A DNA stretch of 64,000 nt from an uncultured Verrucomicrobiae bacterium. GTDB taxonomy: Bacteria; Verrucomicrobiota; Verrucomicrobiia; Chthoniobacterales; JAFAMB01. A program made the translations under genes and the position numbers. Below the pieces are notes generated by a model that did no database searches, had not been told where the DNA came from, and was given only the letters and a program-made list of their open reading frames with translations. Below, piece by piece: positions 1-8,469 of the stretch (positions within the stretch are counted from its first letter, which is position 1; every line of letters starts with the position of its first letter). Location: the NCBI GenBank assembly GCA_963837955.1, contig CAWIPH010000002.1, forward strand, positions 3,840,001-3,904,000, written 5' to 3'.

Positions 1-67
1 CCGAAAACCAGAGAGCTAAGAAAATCCAGATGCATCAACAAAATTGACCTGCTACGCTCCGCCATTC

Positions 68-598
68 ATGAGTGGAGTCAATCCAGAACAGCTGCGTGAG
101 GCGATTCGGGATATTCCGGACTTTCCGAAGCCGGGTATCATTTTCCGGGACATTTCGCCGATCCTCAGTAACGCTGCGCTATTCCGCCAGGTCGTAGATG
201 CGCTCGCTAGTAAAGCGGAAGAATACAATCCAATAAAGATCGTGGGGATCGACGCACGGGGTTTTTTGTTCGGGGCGGCGGTCGCATATAAACTCGGACT
301 GGGATTCATTCCGGTCCGTAAGAAAGGCAAACTGCCGTATCGCACGATTGCCTACTCTTACGTGCTCGAATACGGGCGGGCGGATATGGAAATGCATGTT
401 GACGCCGTAGAGGCGGGGGAAAGAGTAGTCCTGGTAGATGACTTGCTAGCGACCGGCGGAACTTCTGCTGCTGCGGTCCACCTGATTAAGCAACTCGGCG
501 CCACCGTGGAGGCAGCATTATTCTTTATCGAACTGGTCGACTTAGGAGGCAGAAAACAGCTCGCCGGTGTTCCGGTGTACACCCTGATTCAATTCTGA
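68..598 (+). CDS. apt: adenine phosphoribosyltransferase
   Basis: DFPKPGIIFRDI, GIDARGF, RKKGKLP, EYG and PRPP-binding VVLVDDLLATGGT; ATG at 68 preferred over TTG at 44. Confidence 0.97.
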   Translation: MSGVNPEQLREAIRDIPDFPKPGIIFRDISPILSNAALFRQVVDALASKAEEYNPIKIVGIDARGFLFGAAVAYKLGLGFIPVRKKGKLPYRTIAYSYVLEYGRADMEMHVDAVEAGERVVLVDDLLATGGTSAAAVHLIKQLGATVEAALFFIELVDLGGRKQLAGVPVYTLIQF

Positions 599-660
599 TG
601 GCATCCGCGGATGTGACGTTTGGTGGCTTGCGCTTCCGGGCTGAGAACCGCCCACCGCCC

Positions 661-711
661 GGAGGGGTCGCGTCCCCGCGACCCGCGGCGCATGAGGACC
701 CGCGCCCTCCC
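661..711. repeat. REP-like palindrome, GGAGGG...CCCTCC family, copy 1
   Basis: Nested inverted repeats; closely similar copy at 12740-12790. Confidence 0.8.
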
Positions 712-734
712 CTTCCAGGGTTACTCCGCTGCCC

Positions 735-1655
735 ATGATCGGATTCATCTTAAGACGATTAGTCGGCCTAGTAATCATTCTGTTTTGCGTCGTCACTATC
801 ACATTCTTTCTGATCCGGCTGATACCGGGCGGTCCATTCGATCGGGAACGTAAACTGCCACCGCACATCGAAGCAGAGTTGCTGGCCAAGTATAAATTAG
901 ATGGTCCACTCTTTACCCAATATATCGATTATCTGGGCGACTTACTGCACGGAGATCTACGGCTTTCCACCAAATACCGGAATCGGACCGTAAACGAAAT
1001 TCTGGCGGACAGCTTGCCGGTGTCTGCCACATTGGGGGGTATTGCTTTTTGCTTAGCTACCGGGTTCGGCGTTTTCTTGGGGTCCTTAGCGGCATCTTAT
1101 CAACATACTTGGATTGATCGGTCGGCAATGTTCGGTGCGCTCGTGGCAATTTCTTTGCCCTCCTTTGTCATCGGCCCGCTCCTGGTCCTGATCTTGGCCA
1201 TATATCTCCCGCTGTTTCCGGTTGGCGGATGGGGAAACGTGCGAAGTCTAATCCTCCCTTCGATCACTTTGGCAGCGCCTTACGCCGCTTACATTGCCCG
1301 CCTAACTCGCGCCAGTATGCTTGAGGTCCTTACGCAGGACTTCGTTCGGACTGCTCGCGCAAAAGGCTTGCCGGAATCACAAGTCGTTTACAAGCACGCA
1401 CTGCGCGTGGCCATACTTCCGGTAGTCTCCTTTCTCGGACCGCTGGCGGCCAATTTGCTGACCGGATCGATAGTCGTAGAAAGCATCTTTAGCATTCCGG
1501 GTGCCGGCGGATTCTTCGTCAATTCAGTGCTCAACCGCGATGGATTTCTTCTGGCCGGCGTCGTCATCGTTTATTGCGCACTCCTCGTCTTGTTCAATTT
1601 GCTGGTCGATATCCTCTACGGACTCCTCGATCGCCGAATCGTCTTGTATGACTGA
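735..1655 (+). CDS. oppB: oligopeptide/dipeptide ABC transporter permease, OppB/DppB family
   Basis: PGGPF, YIDYL..LLHGDL, DFVRTARAKGL (EAA region), KHALR, VESIF.IPG.G. Confidence 0.92.
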   Translation: MIGFILRRLVGLVIILFCVVTITFFLIRLIPGGPFDRERKLPPHIEAELLAKYKLDGPLFTQYIDYLGDLLHGDLRLSTKYRNRTVNEILADSLPVSATLGGIAFCLATGFGVFLGSLAASYQHTWIDRSAMFGALVAISLPSFVIGPLLVLILAIYLPLFPVGGWGNVRSLILPSITLAAPYAAYIARLTRASMLEVLTQDFVRTARAKGLPESQVVYKHALRVAILPVVSFLGPLAANLLTGSIVVESIFSIPGAGGFFVNSVLNRDGFLLAGVVIVYCALLVLFNLLVDILYGLLDRRIVLYD

Positions 1656-2547
1656 TCCTCGCTCCACTTGGACCAGATTGTGGCGGAATCCGGCAATGAT
1701 TATTTCGACTCTCATCGTGCTCGGAGTCGCTGGGGCTGCCGTGATCGGTCCGAGCCTGCTACCCAAACAATCGGGCGAGGTGACCGCTCAAAGCTTCCTT
1801 CCCCCCTCCCTTGAACACGTTTTCGGAACCGATCTCAACGGGCGCGATCTATTCTTTCGAGTTCTTCTCGGGGCTCGGATTTCGCTGCTTGTTGGCGTCG
1901 CCGGCGCTGCAGTCAGTTTTGCAGTCGGCATTATCTATGGGATGATTGCCGGTTACGCAGGTGGACAGGTCGACTCGCTCATGATGCGATTTGTGGATGT
2001 GCTCTACGCGATTCCCCGGTTAATCTTCCTTCTCGTGCTCATCAGCGCGCTTGATCCGATTCTGCGCGGCACGATGGAGGCGCACGGCCTGCAAAGTCTC
2101 GTCGGATACTCGAAGATCATCATCTTGGTACTTTGTCTCGGTCTGACGGAATGGCTCACTATGGCTCGAATCGTCCGAGGTCAGGTACTCAGCCTCAAAA
2201 ACCAACAGTTTGTGGTCGCCGCCCGAAGCATTGGCCAAAGTCATCGGAACATCATTTTTCAGCATCTCCTGCCTAATCTCATCGGCGTGACCATTGTTTA
2301 TCTAACGCTGACCGTTCCCTCGGTGATTCTCGACGAGTCCTTTCTCAGCTTTCTCGGCGTTGGCGTCCAATCGCCGTTGGCCAGCTGGGGTCTTCTGTTG
2401 AGCGATGCCGCTCAGTCGATCAATCCAGTGAAAGGATATTGGTGGCTGCTCGTTTTCCCGGCAGCAGCGATGTCGATCACTTTGCTTGCTCTGAACTTCC
2501 TCGGCGATGGACTGCGCGATGCTCTTGATCCCCGGCGGAAGCTGTAG
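1648..2547 (+). CDS. oppC: oligopeptide/dipeptide ABC transporter permease, OppC/DppC family
   Basis: HVFGTDLNGRDLF, GARISL, ARIVRGQ, ESFLSFLG.G, LNFLGDGLRDALDPR; ATG at 1648 overlaps the end of oppB. Confidence 0.92.
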   Translation: MTDPRSTWTRLWRNPAMIISTLIVLGVAGAAVIGPSLLPKQSGEVTAQSFLPPSLEHVFGTDLNGRDLFFRVLLGARISLLVGVAGAAVSFAVGIIYGMIAGYAGGQVDSLMMRFVDVLYAIPRLIFLLVLISALDPILRGTMEAHGLQSLVGYSKIIILVLCLGLTEWLTMARIVRGQVLSLKNQQFVVAARSIGQSHRNIIFQHLLPNLIGVTIVYLTLTVPSVILDESFLSFLGVGVQSPLASWGLLLSDAAQSINPVKGYWWLLVFPAAAMSITLLALNFLGDGLRDALDPRRKL

Positions 2548-2673
2548 AGTTCACCGGATCGCGATGGCCGATGGTCAAAAGTTGCCGTAGATAATCACGA
2601 TCCGGTGGAAGCTAAAGAAATAGATGACAAACCCTTCCCGCGGACTTTAGTTGGCCGCTAATCTGTGCAGGGA

Positions 2674-4500
2674 ATGAACTTGTTGGAAGAGCTAGAGGCA
2701 TCGGTCGTCTGCGGCGATGGTGCGATGGGAACAGAGCTGATGGGAGCTGGCGTCCCGATGGAGGTCTGTCTGGAGGAGGTGAATGCCAGCAATCCTGATC
2801 TCGTCTTCGGCATTCATGAGGCCTACATCGCTGCTGGATCTCGCGTGATCGAAACCAATACGTTCGGAGCCAATAGCATGCGGCTCGCGAAACACGGCTT
2901 GGAATCAAGAGTCCGTGAACTGAACTCAGCAGCAGTCGCCATTGCGAAGCGTGCGGCCTCGGGACACGATATTTGTGTGGCCGGCAGTGTCGGACCACTC
3001 GGTGTCCCCAACGAGGAGGTCAGAGCTCAGAAGATCGATCAAGAATCGATTTTTCTAGAACAAATCAGCGCCCTGCTGGAGTCGGAAATTCACGCCCTTT
3101 TTCTTGAGACGTTTTTGGATTTTGAGGAGATAAAAATTGCTCTGCAGGCCGCCAGGAAACTAAGCGCGGAAATCCCGGTGATCTGTTCGATGGTCTGTTC
3201 TGAAGAAGGGCGTCTCCCATCCAGCTTGCCCGTGGTCCAAGCCTTCCGCGAGCTTTCCCGGCTCGGGGCAAACGTGGTGGGCGTAAATTGCGTGACCGGA
3301 CCCCGTGCGATGGTGAACATCCTGAAGCGGATTCCGCTCGATTTCCTGATCAGCGCCTACCCGAATGCCGGCTATCCCCGCTATCACGAAGGGCGTTTCC
3401 TTTACAATGCCTTTCCTGAATATTTCGGCAAGGCGGCGAAGGAATTTGCTGCGGAAGGTGCGCGATTAATTGGAGGCTGCTGCGGCGTCGGACCTCAACA
3501 CATCCGAGAAATTTCGAACGCACTGGCTGGGCTTAAGCCGGTCAAATCCAAACCAGTCATCAAGTGGCTAACGGAACCGGAACCCATGCCGGCGAAACGG
3601 CCGGCGGAAACCAGTCTGCTCGATCTTATCGCGGGCGGGCGTACCGTAATCGTTACCGAATTAGATCCCCCAAAAACGCTCGATCTGGATCGGTATTTCA
3701 CAGCGGCCAGGCATTTGGCGAACGCCGGTTCTGATGCCATTACGCTCGCCGATAACTCACTAGCGATCCTTAGAATCAGCAATCTGGCGATCGGCGCGAT
3801 GCTTAAGCAGCAATACAACATCATGCCGTTGCTGCATGTCAGTTGCCGGGACAGAAACCTCCTCGGCTTGCAAAGCGAACTGCTCGGGATCGCGGCGCTT
3901 GGCATCCGTCACATTTTGCCACTCACTGGAGATCCGGCAAAGTTCGGGGACCAACCAGGCGCCTCTTCCGTATACGACGTCAACTCGATTGAGCTGATGC
4001 AAATCATTTCCAGATTAAACCAGGGATACAATTTCGCGGGCAAGACGATCAAATACCCGACGGATTTCGTCTTCGGCTGCAGTTTCAATCCGAATACGAA
4101 GAACTTGGATGCCCAAGTTGCGCGGTTGGAGCGTAAATTGGCCGCGGGTGCCCAGTACGTAATGACTCAACCGGTGTTCGACCGCCAGTTGGTTAAGACA
4201 TTGCACGAGCGGACCCGCCACCTGGGCGTTCCTATCTTTACCGGTGTCTGGCCGCTATTGAATGGGCGTAACACCGAGTTTTTGCACAATGAGGTACCCG
4301 GGATTATCATCCCGGACCCAATTCGGTCCCGAATGGCTGGAAAAGAAGGACCTGAGGGGAGACGGATAGGAATAACCATCGCCAAAGAAGTCGCTGAATC
4401 CATCCTCGAATATTTCCCCGGGGTCTACCTGATCACTCCATTCCTTGCCTATGATACCACCGCCGAGCTCGCACAGCACATCCGAGGAATTACATCATAA
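2674..4500 (+). CDS. bifunctional homocysteine S-methyltransferase / methylenetetrahydrofolate reductase (YitJ-like)
   Basis: DGAMGTEL, ETNTFGAN, G.NC and GGCCG in the N-half; ELDPPK, H..CRDRN, TGDP, AGA..MTQPVF in the MTHFR C-half. Confidence 0.92.
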   Translation: MNLLEELEASVVCGDGAMGTELMGAGVPMEVCLEEVNASNPDLVFGIHEAYIAAGSRVIETNTFGANSMRLAKHGLESRVRELNSAAVAIAKRAASGHDICVAGSVGPLGVPNEEVRAQKIDQESIFLEQISALLESEIHALFLETFLDFEEIKIALQAARKLSAEIPVICSMVCSEEGRLPSSLPVVQAFRELSRLGANVVGVNCVTGPRAMVNILKRIPLDFLISAYPNAGYPRYHEGRFLYNAFPEYFGKAAKEFAAEGARLIGGCCGVGPQHIREISNALAGLKPVKSKPVIKWLTEPEPMPAKRPAETSLLDLIAGGRTVIVTELDPPKTLDLDRYFTAARHLANAGSDAITLADNSLAILRISNLAIGAMLKQQYNIMPLLHVSCRDRNLLGLQSELLGIAALGIRHILPLTGDPAKFGDQPGASSVYDVNSIELMQIISRLNQGYNFAGKTIKYPTDFVFGCSFNPNTKNLDAQVARLERKLAAGAQYVMTQPVFDRQLVKTLHERTRHLGVPIFTGVWPLLNGRNTEFLHNEVPGIIIPDPIRSRMAGKEGPEGRRIGITIAKEVAESILEYFPGVYLITPFLAYDTTAELAQHIRGITS

Positions 4501-5227
4501 AATCCCATGGTCACTTCTGATCCAAGGTACAGGGTTGTTACTAACCGGCGGCGTCGTGTTTCTATTGGCGTCGCATTATCCGTTACTGGACTGGATCGGC
4601 GACGCGCAGAAACGGATTGAAGGCCTCGGTGTCTGGAGCGGCATCGTTTATCCGATTGCTTACGCCATTTGCAACCTCTTCCTTCTGCCGGGTGGCGTAC
4701 TCAGTGTTGGGGGCGGATTCTTGTTTGGCCTTTGGTGGGGCTTTTTCCTGGTGCTGATTGGCAACCTGCTCGGGGCCGCCGGAGCTTTTGCCATCGGGCG
4801 CAAGATCGGGCGCCGGAAAGTTGAAAAATTGCTTTCTAACAATCGCCGGCTTCTGCTTCTGGACCAGGCGATCGAGCGGCACGGCTGGAAGATCGTGGTG
4901 CTCTCGCAACTGAATCCACTCGCTCCAAGTAGTCTATTAAATTATCTATACGGCCTGACTCGGGTACCGATTGGGCGCTGCCTTTTATGGATTGCTCTTG
5001 GTCAAACACCCGGTTTATTTTTGTACGCATTCGTTGGAACGCTTGGCCAGTTTGGTGTCGAGATGGCTCGTGGCCTCAAGCGACCGTTGCCAAATGACTA
5101 TCTATGGTGGGGCGGTGGCTTTATTCTTACCATCGGAACGACCTGGTTGCTCGCTCGCTTGGCCAAAAGGATCATGAAAGAGGTCGGAGCTGATATGGGA
5201 GACACTGGCTTGACGCCGGAGGAATGA
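4451..5227 (+). CDS. TVP38/TMEM64 (DedA superfamily) membrane protein
   Basis: LPGG.LS..GG.LFG..WG, G..LGA..AF..GR, L.PLAP..LLNY..GLT; start uncertain because it overlaps the upstream gene. Confidence 0.85.
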   Translation: MIPPPSSHSTSEELHHKIPWSLLIQGTGLLLTGGVVFLLASHYPLLDWIGDAQKRIEGLGVWSGIVYPIAYAICNLFLLPGGVLSVGGGFLFGLWWGFFLVLIGNLLGAAGAFAIGRKIGRRKVEKLLSNNRRLLLLDQAIERHGWKIVVLSQLNPLAPSSLLNYLYGLTRVPIGRCLLWIALGQTPGLFLYAFVGTLGQFGVEMARGLKRPLPNDYLWWGGGFILTIGTTWLLARLAKRIMKEVGADMGDTGLTPEE

Positions 5228-5237
5228 GGCATAACGT
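5210..5237 (+). promoter_or_regulatory. sigma70-type promoter TTGACG-N16-TAACGT
   Basis: Near-consensus hexamers 26 nt upstream of the ATG at 5264. Confidence 0.55.
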
Positions 5238-5263
5238 ACCTGCGAGGTTGCTTTTTTGCGCGG

Positions 5264-5626
5264 ATGAAGTCTCCCCATGCTAAATGTCGAAATGCCGACG
5301 TGGTGATTTATTTCGACCGAGCGGCCGACTGCCTCTTCTCGTACTTCAGCGAAATTACATTAAATAACCACGGAATCATTTTCCGATCCCGCTGGGAGTT
5401 TGATCTGGGAACGCAGCTGGCACTCAAGGTTTGTACGGAGCCAGAATATTCTGATTCTGCACCAGTGTGCATCGACATAACGGGGATGGTTGTTCATTGC
5501 GAACGCATGTACTCCCAGTCTCCGTTGTTTGAAGTAACGGTGCTCTTCCTTGACCGACGCGAAAAACCTCCGCAGTCTCTCAACCGATTGACTTGTCGTT
5601 CGGAGTTAATGGGCAACCTCAACTGA
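5264..5626 (+). CDS. hypothetical protein, possibly a PilZ-like beta-barrel
   Basis: L...GI.F.S...F..G..L.L, then G.VV.C and V.V.F pattern; has its own promoter candidate. Confidence 0.6.
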   Translation: MKSPHAKCRNADVVIYFDRAADCLFSYFSEITLNNHGIIFRSRWEFDLGTQLALKVCTEPEYSDSAPVCIDITGMVVHCERMYSQSPLFEVTVLFLDRREKPPQSLNRLTCRSELMGNLN

Positions 5627-5642
5627 GGTTGAGGCCCTGATC

Positions 5643-5708
5643 GGTAGGGCGAACGCTTTGCGTGAGTCGCTCAGGGGTTTCCCGGCTCAAATAAATTTTC
5701 GCCCTACC
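5643..5708. repeat. GTAG-type REP hairpin GGTAGGGCGA...TCGCCCTACC
   Basis: Terminal 10-bp inverted repeat; related copies at 5858-5905, 42736-42761 and 42786-42850. Confidence 0.85.
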
Positions 5709-6043
5709 AACGACTCGGTGGGTACCGTTTTTGAGAATGTCTTCACCAAAGGAATTGGAAGGCCACGCACAACCCCATCCTACTTAGACTGCCTTCCTTA
5801 ATCCGAAATCTTTGCGTCTTCGCGTCTTTGCGTGAGATCTCTCCGGGCGAGCGCGTCGCGTGAGCCTCTCAGGGGTTTCCGGCTCAAATAAATTTTCGCC
5901 CTACCAAGGACTCGGTGGGTACCGTTTTTTAGAATGTCTTCACCAAAGGAATTGGAAGGCCACGCACAACCCCATCCTACTTAGACTGCCTTCCTTAATC
6001 CGAAATCTTTGCGTCTTGGCGTCTTTGCGTGAGATCTCTCCGG
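5660..6043. repeat. ~187-bp tandem duplication (5660-5846 and 5858-6043)
   Basis: Two near-identical copies read directly from the sequence, with few substitutions or indels. Confidence 0.95.
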
Positions 6044-6049
6044 CCGGGA

Positions 6050-6325
6050 CTAAGGCTTCGGTGCTTTGGCCGGAATCAACTTCCGGGACGCCCGGCTCTT
6101 TCTCCGGTTTGCCAAATTCTGGTGAACGATTCCTCGCCGAGATGCTTTGTCTAAGCGGCTGGAAAGATTCGCAAACTCAAGCGCAATCACTTTTTCATCT
6201 CCCGCGGCAAGAGCGGCGTTCAACTTTTTCTGTTGAGATTTTATCCCAGTGATGACGCTTCGGTTCCGAAGCATCCGAACCTGAGTCTGCCGTGCGCGTT
6301 TTGCTGCTGATCGCGTGTTTGCCAT
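6050..6325 (-). CDS. rpsT: 30S ribosomal protein S20
   Basis: MANTRSAAKRARQ...LDKA..RG.VH.N.A.RRKSR; true ATG at 6325. Confidence 0.95.
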   Translation of the reverse strand: MANTRSAAKRARQTQVRMLRNRSVITGIKSQQKKLNAALAAGDEKVIALEFANLSSRLDKASRRGIVHQNLANRRKSRASRKLIPAKAPKP

Positions 6326-6344
6326 AGATGAAAAAAGAGCAGGC

Positions 6345-6372
6345 ACACTACTCGACGCGGCTAGATCGTCAA
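6345..6372 (-). promoter_or_regulatory. rpsT promoter TTGACG-N16-TAGTGT
   Basis: Hexamers on the minus strand 19 nt upstream of the ATG. Confidence 0.6.
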
Positions 6373-6481
6373 CTCGGAATTCAAGCTGATGGTGATCCGG
6401 AGCGTTGCGAAACTCCGGAATGTAGAGCCATTGCGCGTCGTTTTGGCCTGCACCTACGGTTGTAGGCGCCAAATCAATGCC

Positions 6482-6958
6482 CTACCTCTCCGATTGAGGA
6501 TCCTCAGCGACTGATTCAGCTTTAAGCGGCCGATTCATTAACGCATTGAAAACCCGGCGGGGGAGACTTTGGCCGTTCTCCTCGTTTTCAAGCTCTTCCA
6601 CTGAGCTGCGTTTCGCTTCTTCCCACACAGCCGGAAATCCAGGCGAACGGGACACCATGTAGCGTTCCGCGCGAGCATAGATTTCCATGTCGCGTTGCAA
6701 CTTTCGATCGGGCAACTGACCCAGGCTGGCCACCTTAATCCGCAAGTTTTCGTTCTGTTGTTTCAGCTGGTGCAAATCCGTTTTAAGCCGATTTGTGGCA
6801 TCGGCCTCCAGCTCCAATTTGTCGGCCAAATGGCGTTTAAGACGCTTCACCTCGCGCCCGGATTCCCAGAGGCGCAGCGTCAAAAGGATCAGTCCCGCTA
6901 GTCCGAGAACAATCCCCAGCGCCAAACCCCAAACGAAGTGATTGTGCATGACGTCCAT
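6482..6958 (-). CDS. hypothetical single-TM coiled-coil protein
   Basis: N-terminal TM helix (FVWGLALGIVLGLAGLILL) followed by a heptad-rich region (LKQQNENLRIKV). Confidence 0.75.
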   Translation of the reverse strand: MDVMHNHFVWGLALGIVLGLAGLILLTLRLWESGREVKRLKRHLADKLELEADATNRLKTDLHQLKQQNENLRIKVASLGQLPDRKLQRDMEIYARAERYMVSRSPGFPAVWEEAKRSSVEELENEENGQSLPRRVFNALMNRPLKAESVAEDPQSER

Positions 6959-7095
6959 ATCTGTCCAAGCTAACCGGGCCCTCGTTTCTCGCAACCGGAA
7001 GGTCGAGGCAAGAAAAATTGAAGGTTTTGATATAGCCTCGCTCCCAAACTATTTGCTACCAATGGTATGCGTTCTTTTTGCGAGACATGATAAAG

Positions 7096-7167
7096 TGCCA
7101 GGGGGGAGAGTTGAACTCCCGACCAAGGGCTTATGAGTCCCCTGCTCTACCACTGAGCTACCCTGGC
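7096..7167 (-). tRNA. tRNA with CAT anticodon; probably Ile2 (lysidine), elongator Met not excluded
   Basis: GCCAGGG-TAGCTCAGTGGTAGAGCA-GGGGACTCATAAGCCCT-TGGTC-GGGAGTTCAACTCTCCC-CCCTGGC-A cloverleaf; CCA not encoded. Confidence 0.92.
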
Positions 7168-7190
7168 GGCGAGGATAGGCGAAGAGGTGG

Positions 7191-7218
7191 ACATTAAAGC
7201 AGATCGTTACTGTTTCAA
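7191..7218 (-). promoter_or_regulatory. tRNA promoter TTGAAA-N16-TAATGT
   Basis: Hexamers just upstream of the tRNA 5' end. Confidence 0.6.
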
Positions 7219-7275
7219 GGCCATTTAGATTGATCAATTCGGGGCATCAGCACGGCTCTCCAAATCACAGCTTGC

Positions 7276-8469
7276 ATGAAAATTGGTCTCATTCATTACA
7301 CTTCCTGGCCCGTGGTTGGCGGGGTGGAAACGGTACTCCGTCAGCAAGCAACTCTGATGACCCGGGCCGGTCACTCCGTCAGCATAGTGTGCGGTGATGG
7401 TCGACAATTCTCTGAAGCGATTCCGACTTTGATCCTTCCCGAGCTGAATCTGAGAGAGCAGTTGGTCAACCAAGCACAGCAGGAAATAACAAAAGGGTAT
7501 CCGGGAGCCGCTTATTTTCGCGCAGTCGCAGCAGTCAAGAAGCGGCTCGGCCGGCTGTTCGCCGAGTGGGATTGCACCATAGTGCACAATTTAATGACCA
7601 TGCCCTTTCATCTGGCGGCTACCCAGGTCATTTCCGAGTTCGCGGAGGAAAGGCATCGCGTGCTGGCCTGGACGCATGATCTAGCCGCAAACAACCAGGA
7701 TTACTCTCTACCGCGAAATCGAGTGTTTGATATGATTCGCGAGAGACACCCTAGCATTGAGTATGTTGTGATTTCCGAAACTCGAGCTCGAGAATTTCGC
7801 GATCTGACCGGTACTTCCGCGGATGCAGTGGTGCCAAATGGCCTGGATCTTTCGATGGCGCTTCAATTAACCGCCGAGGTTTCTGGATTACTCACCGGGA
7901 TTGATCCGAAAGAAGCTATTTTGCTCTATCCGACCAGAATCCTGCAGCGAAAAAACATCGGCCTGGCGCTGCAAATCTTAGCCGCTTTGCTCGAGATCGA
8001 TTTCCCGGCCCATCTTTTTATCACTGGTGCGGCCAACGAGTACAACCCGGGCGCGGAAGCCCACTTCGTTGGTCTCAAGCAGCAAGCGGCCGAACTGGGC
8101 GTAACCGATCGGGTTTGCTGGGTGAATGAACAATTCTTCGTCGACGACGCGCAGCTGCGCAGTCTTTACCTCGTCAGCGATGCGTTACTCTTCCCCACCA
8201 AGCAAGAAGGCTTCGGATTACCTATATTGGAAGCAGCTGCATTCCGGCTGCCAATCTTTTGCTCAGATATTGAACCGCTGCGCTCAAATTTGCCACCCGG
8301 CTCGGTTGCGTTTGACCTGAGAACTTCTCCTCGAAATATTAGCTTAGCGATTGCGGAATCGCTAAAGAAAGACCAGGGGTTTGGTAGCCGAAAATTAATG
8401 CTGCAGCGGCACGCTGCCCAAGATCTCTACTTCGCAAAAATTGAACCATTGCTGCAAAGGAAAATATGA
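7276..8469 (+). CDS. glycosyltransferase family 4 (GT-B)
   Basis: P.VGGVE.V, VPNG.D, R...RKNI, FPTKQEGFGLPILEA. Confidence 0.9.
   Translation: MKIGLIHYTSWPVVGGVETVLRQQATLMTRAGHSVSIVCGDGRQFSEAIPTLILPELNLREQLVNQAQQEITKGYPGAAYFRAVAAVKKRLGRLFAEWDCTIVHNLMTMPFHLAATQVISEFAEERHRVLAWTHDLAANNQDYSLPRNRVFDMIRERHPSIEYVVISETRAREFRDLTGTSADAVVPNGLDLSMALQLTAEVSGLLTGIDPKEAILLYPTRILQRKNIGLALQILAALLEIDFPAHLFITGAANEYNPGAEAHFVGLKQQAAELGVTDRVCWVNEQFFVDDAQLRSLYLVSDALLFPTKQEGFGLPILEAAAFRLPIFCSDIEPLRSNLPPGSVAFDLRTSPRNISLAIAESLKKDQGFGSRKLMLQRHAAQDLYFAKIEPLLQRKI

Noticed and set aside
6396..6419. GGAGCGTTGCGA resembling an SAH riboswitch core
   Set aside because: It is a simple TCCGGAG/CTCCGGA hairpin on the strand opposite the neighbouring genes.
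6326..6472. N-terminal extension of S20 in the ORF track
   Set aside because: The canonical MAN start and a promoter sit at 6325-6372. Track extensions of gap, oppC and ssuD were trimmed for similar reasons.
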